Source: Malacoraja senta (lineage: Eukaryota). From it: DNA of 64,000 bases. Position 1 is the stretch's first letter. Each line of letters opens with the position of its first letter. The notes under the pieces were generated by a model. It was given only the letters and a program-made list of their open reading frames with translations, searched no databases and was not told the origin of the DNA. The position numbers were made by a program, and so were the translations under genes. The stretch spans positions 20,772,001 to 20,836,000 of the forward strand of contig CM075989.1 of the NCBI GenBank assembly GCA_038087875.1, in the 5' to 3' direction. Positions 36,371-49,400 of this stretch are shown one piece after another.

Positions 36371-37019
36371 CATAGAAACATAGAAACATAGAAAATAGGT
36401 GCAGGAGTAGGCCATTCGGCCCTTCGAGCCTGCACCGCCATTTGATATGATCATGGCTGATCATCCAACTCAGTATCCCATCCCTACCTTCTCTCCATAC
36501 CCCCTGATCCCTTTAGCCACAAGGGCCACATCTAACTCCCTCTTAAATATAGCCAATGAACTGGCCTCAACTACCTTCTGTGGCAGAGAATTCCACAGAT
36601 TCACCACTCTCTGTGTAAAAAATGATTTCCTTATCTCGGTCCTAAAAGTCTTCCCTCTTATCCTTAAACTGTGACCCCTAGTTCTGGATTTCCCCAACAT
36701 CGGGAATACTCTTCCTGCATCTAGCCTGTCCAACTCCTTAAGAATTTTGTAAGTTTCTATAAGATCCCCCCTCAGTCTTCTGAATTCCAACGTGTACAAG
36801 CCGAGTCTATCCAGTCTTTCCTCATATGAAAGTCCTGCCATTCCAGGAATCAGTCTGGTGAACCTTCTCTGTACTCCCTCTATGGCAAGAATGTCTTTCC
36901 TCAGATTAGGAGACCAAAACTGTACGCAATACTCCAGGCGTGGTCTCACCAAGACCCTGTACAACTGCAGTAGAACCTCCCTGCTCTTATACTCAAATCC
37001 TTTTGCTATGAATGCTAAT
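36371..37019 (-). mobile_element. CR1 3' fragment (longest in the window)
   Basis: YRVLVRPRLEYCVQFWSPNLRKDILAIEGVQRRFTRLIPGM..., an uninterrupted 164-aa ORF2 C-terminus. Confidence 0.92.
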
Positions 37020-37789
37020 CAAATCCTTTTCAATGAGATTCCCCCCTCATCCTTCTAAATTCCAGCAAATACAGGCCCACAGCCTTTAAACACTCATCAT
37101 ATGTTAGCCCAGTCAATCCTGGGGTCATTCTCGTCTCTCCAAAAGTCTAAGCCATTCACGTGCCTATTAAAAGTCTATTAAATGCTGCTATGATATCTGT
37201 TTCCACCACCATCACCCCTGATCGCTCGTTCCAAGTACTTTGGACTTTGTTGATATTGGTATTGAATTACTGTTTATTCCATATTATTCTATATTATCGA
37301 GGTGCATTGTGTTTACTGCTGCCGGAAGGAATAATTGCATTGTTCCATTGAAAGTACACATGACAATTACACGCTCTTGACTCTCTTGGCCGGCTGCAAC
37401 AAAACGCTGCAGGCAGGAAAGAGAAAGCAACTCAATGGCAAAATGCTTTGGATGGGTGCAGTGAGATGATAATGCACATGCAGCGACAATTATAAAAGTC
37501 ACAGTGACTTTCAGCAGCACTGAAAGAGATGTTGATAACAGCGCTGAACATCCAGGAGACCAGGCAGCATAGGGTGGAGAAGGCTTAAGTGCAAAAGCAT
37601 CACTGGTTAGTTTAGGAATCGGACACAATGGCAGCTGAAGCGCAGACAGGCTAAATGTGTAGTCAAAAATGTGCAATCAAGCATGCAAATTCTTCATTAC
37701 ATCAGTGGACCGGATGGAAATGTTCTTTAATGGTAATAATATTGTTAAAGTAGAAGGTAATTTAAGGTAAGGGAGGAACGATTTAGTGT

Positions 37790-38130
37790 ACAAAATCATG
37801 AGAGGAATAGGTTGGGTAAACACACAGAGTCTCTTGCCCAGAGTAGGGGAATCAAGAATCAGAGGACATAGGTTTATGGTGATGGGGGCAAAGATTTAGT
37901 AGGAATCTGGGGGTAACTTTTTCACTCAAAGGGTGGTGGGTGTATGGAACGAGCTGCCGGAGGTGGTAGTTGAGGCAGGGACTATCACAACGTTTAAGAA
38001 ACATTTGGCTAGGATAGGTTTGGAGGGCTATGGGCCAAATACAGGCAGGTGGGATTAGTGCAGATGGGGCATGTTGGCCGGTGTGGGCTAGTTGGGCTGA
38101 AGAGCCTGTTTCCATGCTGTAAGACTCTAT
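37790..38130 (+). mobile_element. CR1 3' fragment
   Basis: Same subfamily as 20740-21065. Confidence 0.8.
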
Positions 38131-39288
38131 CACGTTGAATATGCACAAACACTAGAAACTGCTGAAAACTGCTGCAGGAGAGAAATCTATTGACAGTCAT
38201 TGGCTAAGGGATCTATTGCATGTTTAATAATCTGGCAACTGCTCTGAAAATAAAGATGTTCAGAGCAATGTAATAATTGGAGCATTATCTGAATCCTTAG
38301 TGATTTGAAACGGCGTCGAGGTTTACAAACCTGATGTGCTGCCGCGAGTGAGAATTTAATTGTTCCATTTCTGTACATCTGACAATTAAACACTTTTGAC
38401 TCTTGAGTTACAAATTTGGCACCTGGAATCAAAGGGCAGGAGAAAATGCAGACTTTGGTTTCAGTTCCTTGGGGACTGGTATACTTCAGAACCTCTCCCC
38501 TGAGGCCACTTTTCTTCAACAGCCTTCAATAATGAAGGTTGGCAGGCTACTCAGGCGACTTAACCAAAGAGGCCATCAGGGCAAAGGCCTACCCTGTTAT
38601 ATTTCCTGTGAGACTGGGCTATTGACTCTCCTAATGCTTTATGCCACTTGTACCGACGGGGAGAGAGATTGCTCTTTCTTACCAACAGCAGCCGAGGCCT
38701 ACGTTTAAATGCAATGATGACACTGAGATAAATACGCATTCGGATCATCAATGTAAGAAGGAACTGCAGATGCTGGTTTACAATGGAGATAGACACAAAG
38801 TGCTGGAGTAATTCAGCGAGTCAAGCAGCATCTCTGGGGAAAATGGATGGGTGACGATTTGGGTCGGGACCTTTCCTCAGACCCTGGGTGATGTTTCGGG
38901 TCCCGAAACTTCCTCAGATGGTGATGTTTAGGGTCGGGACCCTTTCGTAGAGTCTGAGGAAGGTTCCTGACCCAAAACATGATCCTTTTTCTCCAGAGAT
39001 GCTGCCTGACCCGCTGAGTTACTCCAGAACTTGGTGTCTATCTTTGAATCATCAAGGTTAGTAGTGTAGTGTGTTCCGACCACTTTGGTAAAATGGGGGC
39101 TGACCTACGATGTGATGTGGCTCACTGATAAAAGGAATGTGGACATTTAGAGAGCAGCTGCCATTTTTTTTAGTTTAATTTTTGGAGACAAATTTTATAG
39201 ATGTATTTTGGTTTGGTGCCACTCTGTTTTCTATTGCTGGTGTCAAATGTTTGGCCACATTCTGGGCTCAGTCACCTCCACTGGATTT

Positions 39289-39762
39289 TAATAGGATGTT
39301 GCCAGGACTCGAGGACCTGAGCTATACAGAAAGGTTGAGTAGGATACAACTGTATTCCTTGGAGCTCAAGAGGATGAGGGATGATATTATAGAGGTGTGT
39401 AAGATCAGGTTGAAGATTAGATAGCTAAATCACTTTTACACAGAGTAGGGGGAATCAAGAACCAGAGGACATAGGTATAAGGTGAGTGGGGGGGGGGGGG
39501 TTGGGGGGTAAGAATTAACAGGAACCCGAGGGACAACTTTTTTTACGCAAAGGATGGTAGATATGTGGAGCGGACTGCAGAGGAGGCGGTTGAGGCAGGT
39601 ATTATCACAATGTTTAAGAAACATTTGGGCAGGTACATGGATAGGACAGGTTTAGAAGGATATGGACCAAATGCAGGCAGGTAGGATTAGAGTAGATGGG
39701 GCATGTTAGTTGGCATGGTCAAGTTAGGCTGAGGGCCTGTTGCCACGCTGTCTGACTCCATG
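39289..39762 (+). mobile_element. CR1 3' fragment
   Basis: RMLPGLEDLSYTERLSRIQLYSLELKRMRDDIIEV plus the 3' UTR. Confidence 0.8.
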
Positions 39763-40240
39763 TCCCCATTTTATTTGGAGGAGGACTTTGAAACATCTTT
39801 AGAAATGCAACAACACAAGAACCAGAATCTATGGCTCAGGGTCCATTTATCTATTTTTGGTCTTTCTTTGTAGAGTGTTCTTCATGAACGAGGCCTTTGT
39901 ACATTTTTGTTGTCGATGGGTAACTTGCCACCCTCTAGCTCAACATGTCACCACATATACGGTTTACATCTTAGCCACAGTCCCGTGTGTTACTGGATAC
40001 ATACATGAATCAAGCAACTATTGAGCATGACCAGAGGCGTGTTGAACTAGAGGTTGAAGGCCAGACCGGGGGATTGACCTACATTTATGGGCTGACCAAC
40101 AACACCAGCATCTTGTCATTGGATGCCCACTGGCTAATTTTGCAATGCAATGAAGCTTCGGAGGAGAGAGAGCCTGAGAAGGAGATATCTTCTCACAACC
40201 GGTACTAGTGAGGAGACAACGATGTAGCCTGAAGGTTTCA

Positions 40241-40555
40241 TTTAGTTTAGGGATACAGCGCGGAAACAGGCCCTTCGGCCCACCGGGTCTGTGCCGACCA
40301 GCGATCCCAGCACATTAACACCATCCTACACCCACTGGGGACATTAAAAAAAAAAACATTTACCAAGCCAATTAACCTACAAACCTGTACGTCTTTGGAG
40401 TGTGGGAGGAAACCGAAGATCTCGGAGAAAACCCACGCAGGTCACGGGGAGAACGTACAAACTCCGTACAGACAGCACCCGTAGTCGGGATCGAACCCGG
40501 GTCTCCGGCGCTGCATTCGCTGTAAGGCAGCAACTCTACCGCTGCGCCACCGTGA
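40241..40555 (-). mobile_element. V-SINE (young, CpG-rich)
   Basis: Full head, core and tail structure. Confidence 0.9.
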
Positions 40556-41087
40556 CCATCCTGACTTATGAAGCCCCGTTGCAGGATGCTTGAGCTGCTC
40601 ATTGTTCCCTTCGGAATGATCTCCCATTGACATTGCACCACCAGAGAGAGGACTACCTTTACCACATGTAGTAGCCCTAAACATATTGCCCTGAGCCATA
40701 ACTAATTGACTTGGGGTCCCTTTCCAGAATTGTGGAAAAGTATTGATCATCTCTTTGCCCAGTGCCATCATATGTTTAACTCAATCATCCCTAGGATAAT
40801 TCTCGTAAATCTCCTCTGGACCTTCTCCAAAGCCAGTACATTCTTCCTCAGGTATAAGTCCCGAAACTGCTCACAATACTCCAAATATTACTTCAAATGT
40901 TTCCTTGCACACCTGTTTGGCCACTGTTTATTGGTACCATATCATCCAGCTGCGAGATAGTCTGGTGAGATGGCGCTGTTATTGTATTCCGTGTCTTGTG
41001 AATTTTCTCCTGATGTATGATACCACCTCCGGCTGCTTGCTGAACCTTCCTACCTTTTGGCTGCAATTATAAATTGAGAAAATCCAC

Positions 41088-41410
41088 AGGGCGGCACGGT
41101 GGTGCAGCGGTAGAGTTGTTGCCTTACAGCGCTTGCAGCGCCGGGGACCCAGGTTCGATCCCGACTTAGGGCTGTCTGTCGGGAGTTTGTACGTTCTCCC
41201 AGTGACCGCATGGATTTTCTCCAAGACCTTTGGTTTCCTCCCACACTCCAAAGATGTACAGGTATGTATGTTACTTGGCTTGGTATTTAGTAAGTGTAAA
41301 TTGTCCCTAGTGTGTGTAGGGTAGTGTTAATGTGTGGGGATCGCTGATCGGTGGGGACTCGGTGGGCCGAAGGGCCTGTTTCCGTGCTGTATCTCTAAAC
41401 TATATACTAA
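41088..41410 (+). mobile_element. V-SINE
   Basis: Full head, core and tail structure. Confidence 0.88.
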
Positions 41411-43229
41411 ATTACACAGCCGTGCATTGTTTTGCAATGCAAGGAGTGTACAGGATAGAGGTGTTTATATCTGTCCCATCAGCTTTAGACTGGACATAGT
41501 GATACATTTTACCAAGTCCGCATTTAATTGTATAGGATCACCAGCTTTCACTAAAAAGGGTAGGTGAAGGCAGGCAGTATTCATTTCATTTGTAATTAAT
41601 ATTAATGGTTTAATTAATTTAAATGTTGAATGAAGTTTTAAATAAATGTGTTATTTTTTAATTTTTAATTTTCTATTAAAGGTTTCTACCGGCACGCTTG
41701 TGGCTGTGAGACCAAAATACTCTGTGTAACAGTGAGACACGGCTGTGAGATACTGGGCAAGTCTTCCATATGAATTGGTCCATTCCTCACTAAAATGTTT
41801 CCGAGGTTGTTCAAACAAATGGACACAATCTGATTGCAAAGTTCTTAAACAGAGATGACAATTAGTTGCAGGATTTGGTCAATGGCATTAACTTACTTCA
41901 AGTGATATTTGGCTGTTAGTCACATATTTAACATCTGCAGCAATTTCATAATCAAATGTCCCAACATAGTGCAGATTAGACATTTTCATGTAGTGTGGAT
42001 AGGATCAGGGACTGAAGCTTGTATTGAGCGAGAGCTTTTTTATAATGCAAATTAAATCTCGGTTTATACTTAATTCAAAACTTGGCCATTAATTTCACTT
42101 TGATCATTTGCATTACAGATGTTCAGAGAACATAGATAGAACATAGAACAGTTTAGTTTAGTTTAGTTTATTATTTATTGTCACGTGTACCGAGGTGCAG
42201 TGAAAAGCTTTTGTTGCGTGCTAACCAGCTAGCGGAAAGACAATACATGATTACAATCGAGCCATTCGCAGTGTACAGATACATGACAAGGGAATAACGT
42301 TTAGTGCAAGGTAAAGCCAGTAAAGTCCGATCAAAGATAGTCCAAGTACTTTGCAAGAACAGGCCCTTCGGCCCATTATGTCTGTGTTGAACATAGAGTC
42401 ACAAAGTCATACAGCATGGAAACCGGCCCCTTGGTCCTACTTGTCCAAGCCAAACAAGATGTCAACTGTAAACAGGCACCTGAGACAGTATCTGATTTAA
42501 ACACATCTTTAATCAGCACTGTAACTTGGCAGCATTTAAAGACAAGGTGTTGTCAGTTCATCCTAGCGGCTTAGACTGCTGGTGCTGGGAATGGGCGTTG
42601 GTATAAATGTTATAGTGGGGTGGAGTTAGTGATGCTGGCTAAGTGTGATTGGTTCACATGCATCAGCAATCTACATCAACCATCTAAGCTAGTCCCATTT
42701 GCCCATATCGCCCAACAAGGTCATGTAATAGGAGTAGAATTAGGCCATTCGGCCCATCCAGTCTACTCCACCATTCAATCATGGCTGATCTATCACTCCT
42801 ATCCCTATTCTGCCTTACCTAGACCATCACTTACCTACCTGCACATAACCCATATCCCTCCTTTCCCTGCATATTAATATGCCCATCCAGAAGTCTCTTT
42901 CATGCCACTAACATATCTGTCTGCATCACCCCTGGCAGGCACCCACCACCCTCTGTGTATAAAAACCTGCCCCGCACATCTCCTTTATACTTTGCCCCTC
43001 TCACCTTAAAGCTCTGCCCTGTACGATTTAATTTCTCCATCTTGGGGAAATTGATTCTGAATGTCTACCCTATCTATGTCTCTCATTATTTTATATACTT
43101 CTATCTGGTGTCCCGCAACCTCTGGCGTTCCAGAGGAAACAGTCCAATTCTGAGAGGATTGGAGCCCATTTCCCAAATTTGGTTTTATTGAGGTCAATTT
43201 CCAAAGTAGATAATGGGTCAAGTGAACTA

Positions 43230-43838
43230 TTAGACTTTAGACATACAGCGTGGAAACAGGCCCTTCGGCCCACCTACTCCACGCCGACCAGCGATCACCC
43301 CATGCACTAGCACTATCCTACACACTAGGGACAATAGGGCGGCACAGTGGTGCAGCGGTAGAGTTGCTGCCTTACAGCGAATCCAGCACCAGAGATCCGG
43401 TTCGATCCCGACTACGGGTGCTGTCTGTAAGGAGTTTGTACATTCTACCCGTGACCTGCATGGGTTTTCGCCGAGATCTTCGGTTTCATCGCACACTCCA
43501 AAGACGTACAAGTTTGTAGGTTAATTGGCTTGGTAAATGTTTTTAAAAAATTGTCCCTGGTGTCGGATAGGGTTAGTGTGGGGAGATCGCTGGTCGGCGC
43601 GGACCCGGTGGTCCGAAGGCTCCTTTTCCGCGCGGTATCACTAAACTAAACTAATTGACAGAAGCCAATTAACGTACAAACCCGCACGTCTTTGGAGTGT
43701 GGGAGGAAACCGGGGCACCCGGAGAAAACCCATGTGGTCACGGGGACAACGTACAAACTCCGTACAGACAGCATCCGTGGTAAGGATCGAACCCAGGTCG
43801 CTGTAAGGCAGCAACTCTACCGCCGTGCCACAGTGCCG
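43230..43838. mobile_element. Nested V-SINEs: a plus-strand copy (43337-43652) inside a minus-strand copy
   Basis: The minus-strand tail (43230-43335) and body (43655-43838) flank a complete plus-strand copy. Confidence 0.85.
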
Positions 43839-44265
43839 CACCATTGGTCATTAACGTCAGGAGAGCAGGTCTAAACAAAACATAAGACTATATAATACAT
43901 ATAAACTAATTAAGGGGTGCTACATAAACAAACTAAGTCCAATACTCATCTTTGGGGAGTCAGGAGAAGCAGAGATGAGCCACACTGAAGATTAAGTAAT
44001 GGGTTAGATGACCCCTCTTGGATGCTGCCCGGCCCTTTGAAACCACGATGTATTCTCAGCAGAAGAGGAGGCATAAAGGGACGGTGCAAAGCTCATTTGT
44101 GGTGGAAATGGCTGAGCAAGAATCTCCTTCCTTCTTGTGCTTACAAATTCACAACATAACTATTTTACACTGACTTACCCAGAGAGAGAAAAAAATGACT
44201 GTTATTGGTCATTGTTAAATTAGCTGCTTTGGCTATTAATATATTAAGTCCTCATTCACCAACAG

Positions 44266-44548
44266 GGTGGCAGAGTGGCACAGTTGGTGGAGCTGCTGCG
44301 TGACCGTGCCAGAGACCCCGGTTCGATCCTGACTGTGCTGTCCGTATGGAGTTTGCACATTCCTCCCACTTCCCAAAGATGTGTGGGTTTGCAGGTGGAC
44401 CGGTCGCTGTCAATTGCCCCCCAGTGTGTAAGGAGTGGGTGTGAAAATGGCATAACATAGAACTAGTGTGAACGGATGATTGATAGTTGGTGTGAATTCA
44501 GAGGGCCGAGGGTTATATCTTTTCCAATGTTATATCTCTCTAAACTAA
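44266..44548 (+). mobile_element. Old V-SINE
   Basis: Diverged head, core and tail. Confidence 0.7.
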
Positions 44549-45970
44549 GCTATTATCATCAGTTCATAAGTTAAAGGAACACAATTAGGCCATTCGGCCC
44601 ATCAAGTCTAATCCTCTCTTCACTCATGGCTGATCTATCTCTCTGTCTCAACGCCATTCTTCTGCCTTCTCCCCATAACCCCTGATACCTTCAGCACGTT
44701 ATATACCACGGGTCGGGATAAAAGAATTCAGAGACGTATTTAGTGGGCTGGAAATAATGCAGGGTTTTGTAAAATTAACCTGAGACAAGAATGATAATTT
44801 TCAGAGATAGCAACATTTTAACAAAACAGAGGCATGATTTATTCCAGTAATATTGCATGGTGACGAAAAAAAAAAAGCTGCCAGGGTCAAACTGGCTTCC
44901 GCGCACATTTCATTAATTTACTTCAGATCAGAGCCAGAGTCATTATTCCCAGTGACTTAAGGCCCTGGGGGCAGATGTGAAATGGAAAGAGCATGCTGCC
45001 TGCTCCAAAATGATGCTTACTGAATCTGAAAGGTCATGTCATGTTTTCTGGCAATTGAGTCGATGGATTTGGATTCTACAGCATAAGGTCAGGCAGCTCC
45101 ACTCAGCACATGTTTACTGGGAAAAGTGCCTCCCAGTTATTTCACAATGACCTTATTACCCTGCGAGACTGATGAGCTCTGCACAGGGTCCCTCAGACCT
45201 CCTGTTCTGCTGAGAACACGTCTTGCTTTCAAAAGGCAGGGCAGGTTCCGAAGGGTCAGGCAACCCATTAGTTAATCTTCATCGGCCGTCTCCCCATAGA
45301 TGAGTATCAGTCCTATTTGTTTATCTAACATTCATTATTCAATTCATAAGTATTACGTAGTCACACGTCTGGGAAAGAAACTGCAGATGTTGGTTTGCAC
45401 CGAAGCTGGACACAAAATGCTGGAGTAACTCAGTAACTCAGCGGGTCAGGCTGCACCTCTGGAGAAAAGGATTAGGTGACGTTTCGAGTCGGAACCCTTC
45501 TTCAGACTTCAGACTATGATGTGGTCTTATGGTTTTTTTTTTTCAAGTGCTCTCCTGACACTAATCATCCACTTGACCCCCTCCATGTTGCCCATTATTC
45601 CAAGTGACAGTGAGTGTTAGCAGGCCGTTTGACTGGATCATCACAGCCAATCCTGTCTTCGTTGTGTAAGCACATGCTAGTTCATGTCCTGTCCCTGAAA
45701 TTTGAATGAATGAATGAATGAATACTTTGTCACATGTGATGTCACAGTGATATTCTTTGTTTTGCCTACCCAAGGTATGCAAAGGGTTACCATGTAAAGG
45801 GCGCCGACAGAGTTACAAAGTATCCCACGCCAGGTCCTCTTTTGTTCCCCCCCGCCCCTCCCAGCTGTTCCCGCACATTGGGTCCTCCTTTGTTCCCCCC
45901 CCCCCCCCCCGGTGGAATCTGCAAAATCTCCCACCCGCTCTCCCATCTTCCATTCTCCGTCAACTTGAAG

Positions 45971-46276
45971 TGGCGGCACGGTGGCGCAGCGGTAGAGTTG
46001 CTGCCTCACAGCGCCAGAGACCCATGTTCGATCCTGACTATGGGTGCTGTCTGTACGGAGTTTGTATCATCTCCCCGTGACCGTGTGGGTTTACTCCGGG
46101 TGCTCTGGCTTCCTCCCACACTCCAAAGACGTACAGGTGTGCAGGTTATTTGGCTTCTGTAAATTGCCCCCTACTGTGTAAGATGTGAAAGAGGAACAAC
46201 ATAGAACTAGGGTGCGGGTGATCGCGGGGCGGCATGGACTCGGTGGGCCGAAGGGCCTGTTTCCATGCTGTATCTC
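45971..46276 (+). mobile_element. V-SINE
   Basis: Full head, core and tail structure. Confidence 0.88.
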
Positions 46277-47912
46277 AAAAAAAAGCTTTTAAAAGTCTTC
46301 CAAAACATTATCACCTGCATCCTAATCCAAAACTTTCATTTTCTGCCAGCCTTGATCTCGCTGAAAATGCATAATGGGTCCAGGTCTACCAATGACTTTG
46401 ATTTTCAAAATCATCTTTTTATTTTTAACCCCTCTATGTTGCCACCTCATTCAGATTCATCAAACTCTCTTTGCTCTTCCGACTTAGCCTTGCCCATTTA
46501 AATGTCCATTCTATTTGTTACCATCGGAGCCATGGAGCCATGGAGCACAGACACAGGCCCTTTGGCCCATCTTTTCCATGCTGACCAAGATGGTACATCT
46601 AAGCTATTCCCATTTACCCACTTATGGCCCATATTCCTCCAAACCACTCCCATGTATTTGACATTATTATAGTACCTGCCTCAACTACTTTCTCTTGTTG
46701 TGCTGCCTGGGCTAATGCTCTAGACTTCTCTCTCATAAATCTCTGAGTCTTTATGCATCTATGTCCTTCGTTCATAAGCTTCTTAAAACCGAACGTTTTC
46801 ACCAACCTCTCTGCTTACTTTATTGAGTATTTGTCTCTGTGCAAAACACAAAGTACTGGAGTAACTCAACAGGTCAGGCAGCATCTGTGGAAGGAATGGA
46901 TAGGCAACGTTTCGGGTCGGGACCCTTCATCAGAAGAATCCAGACCTGAAATATCATCTGTCCATTCCCTCCACAGATGCTGCCTGACCCACTGAGTCTA
47001 CTCTACCAGCAGCTCTGTGTAGGATCGCTGGTCGATGCGGACTCTGTGTCGTAGGGCCTGTTTCCACACTGTCTCTCAAAACTAAACTAAACTTATGTGA
47101 CTATTTATGATTTTAGGCCTGACGCTTAGAAACATGATCTATTGAAGAGGAAATTGGGTTACTTTGAATTTCACTGGTTCTTTACTTAGCTCAGACCCAC
47201 AGAATATGCTACAGTGCCCTTGGATACTGTATGGATAGAGCTAGTGTGTGGCCGATCGCTGGTCCGCACAGGCTCGGTGGGCTGACGGGTCTGTTTCTGC
47301 GCTGTATCTCCAAAGTCTGAAGACAAAAATTATTTTGTTTGATCTAATTTATCAAGAGAAGTGGAAGAAACAATGCCTTTAGAACCATAGGGGCCATATG
47401 ATCCACTTACACGTGTGACGGGAGCCAACGAATATGACAAAAGGCCCCACATAAATACATGAATGCACCATTCCTATTCAAGCAGGCAGCGAAACCCCAG
47501 TCGGGGATTTTGTTTGCAAACATTTATGAAGGACAATTATTTAGGTTGTGAATCTGTGGAATTCACTGCCACAGACGTCTGTGGAGGCCAAGTCAGTGGA
47601 TGCTTTTAACGATGAGGTTGATAAGTTCTTGATTAGGAAGTGCATCAAAGTTTACAGGGAGAAGGTAGGAGAATGGGGTTGAGAATAAATCAGCAATGGT
47701 TGAATGGCAGAATAGACCTGATGGGCCAAATGGCCTTATTCTGTTCCTATGTCGTGGTTTAATTGTCTTATAATAAGTCTTTCTCAATTATTTTCTTTGG
47801 TGGATATGTAGAACGGATGTTTACAATGTGTATGTTGCTAGACAGGTGACCAAAGTCGCCAGGTTGGTTTGCTACAGTGATTTTATTAGGCTGAAGCCCA
47901 GTGAACGTCAGG

Positions 47913-48215
47913 ACTTTAGACTTTAGAGATACAGCAAGGAATCAGGCCCTTCGGCCCAGCGAGTGTGTGCCATCCAGCAATCACCCCATACACTAGCACT
48001 CTCCTACATACACTGGGGACAATTTACAGGAGCCGATTAGCCTACAAACCTGTACGTCCTTGGAGTGTGGGAGGAAACCGGAGCACCCGGAGGAAGCCCA
48101 CACGCAAGTCACGGGGAGAACGTACAAACTCCGTCCAGACAGTGCCCGCAGCCAGGATCGAACCTGGGTCTCTGGCGCTGTAAGGCAGCAACTCTACCTC
48201 TGTGAGACTGTGCCG
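47913..48215 (-). mobile_element. V-SINE
   Basis: Full head, core and tail structure. Confidence 0.85.
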
Positions 48216-48973
48216 TATGTGTCAGACGCCTAGACAGGTGACAAACGTCAACAGGCCAGTTTGCTGCATTGAATTTACTAGGTGGAAGCCTAGCAAACTT
48301 CAAGCCTTCCGCCCATAGCCCATCTCAAAACGTAGGCGTCTTAAGCAAGGGATAGAGCTCTGTTCCAAATTGTTGATGATCACAGAGAACTGTTGACTAC
48401 ATCCCACGCTCAGTCCTCAGGTAAAATGATTCAAACATGGACGAAGGAAAATATACGGTGGTCGCTTTTATTCTCTGTTAACAATGTTTCACATCCAGCA
48501 AAGTCATTTATTTTTCCATTGGAGGCACAAAGGCACGCGTGGAACTGGAGAAGATGTTTGTAAATGCTGGGACCCTGGAGGGCCTTCAGTGCTCTGACAG
48601 GATGTACATTTAAATTATCCGGAGCCTCCTCCTCATTGCAGATGACACACTGCAATAACGTGATCAGACATCCCTGAAAGTCTCTCAATGAGTTTGCCTC
48701 GGAGGTCTCTCTAGGCAGCTGTCCACATTTCTGCTGTCTCGTACACGTGTACAAGTTCTTCAAACTGTCTGCCTTCTACTTTTGACTTGCCTACTCCACC
48801 AAATAGCGATTTTATATTTGGCTGGTCCGTAGAACAAATCCATGAAGGACACAGTGGCCCAAATCACTTAGTGTAATTTTTTTTTGCAGCACAGTAGATT
48901 GAGTTCCAATCACGAGACTCTTCTTGTCAGCACTTTTAATTTGAACGTGAATGTTAATCTTCTTGTATCAAGA

Positions 48974-49400
48974 GGGAGGCACGGTGGTGCAGCGGTAGAG
49001 TTGCTGCCTTACAGGGCTGGAGACCCGGGTTCAATCCTGGCTACGGAGTTTGAGCTGTCTTAGACTTAGACTTAGACTTAGATTCCTTTATTGTCATTCA
49101 GACAAAATTAAAAACAGACGGACTGCCGGCGAGCCGCAGCCGTGCAACAGCGCCGCCACTTCCGGAATGGCCTGTACGGAGTTTGTACATTCTCCCTGTG
49201 ACCTGCGTGGGTTTTCTCTGGGTGCTCCGGTTTTCTCCCACACTCCAAGGACGTACGGGTTTTGTGGGTTAATTGGCTTGATAAAATTGTTAATTGTCCC
49301 TAGTGTGTGTGGGATAGTGTTAGTGTGTGGGAATCGCTGGTCGGCATGGAATAGGTGGGCCGAAGGGCCTGTTTCCGTGCTGTATCTCTGAACTAAACTA
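48974..49400 (+). mobile_element. V-SINE with a small nested LINE-tail insertion
   Basis: A (cttaga)n-tailed fragment at about 49058-49170 interrupts the head. Confidence 0.8.

Noticed and set aside
45168..45220. CUGAUGA hammerhead box (also near 22953 and 56312)
   Set aside because: No stem II followed by GAAA.
48431..48763. 110-aa ORF in unique sequence
   Set aside because: No recognisable domain or convincing splice signals.
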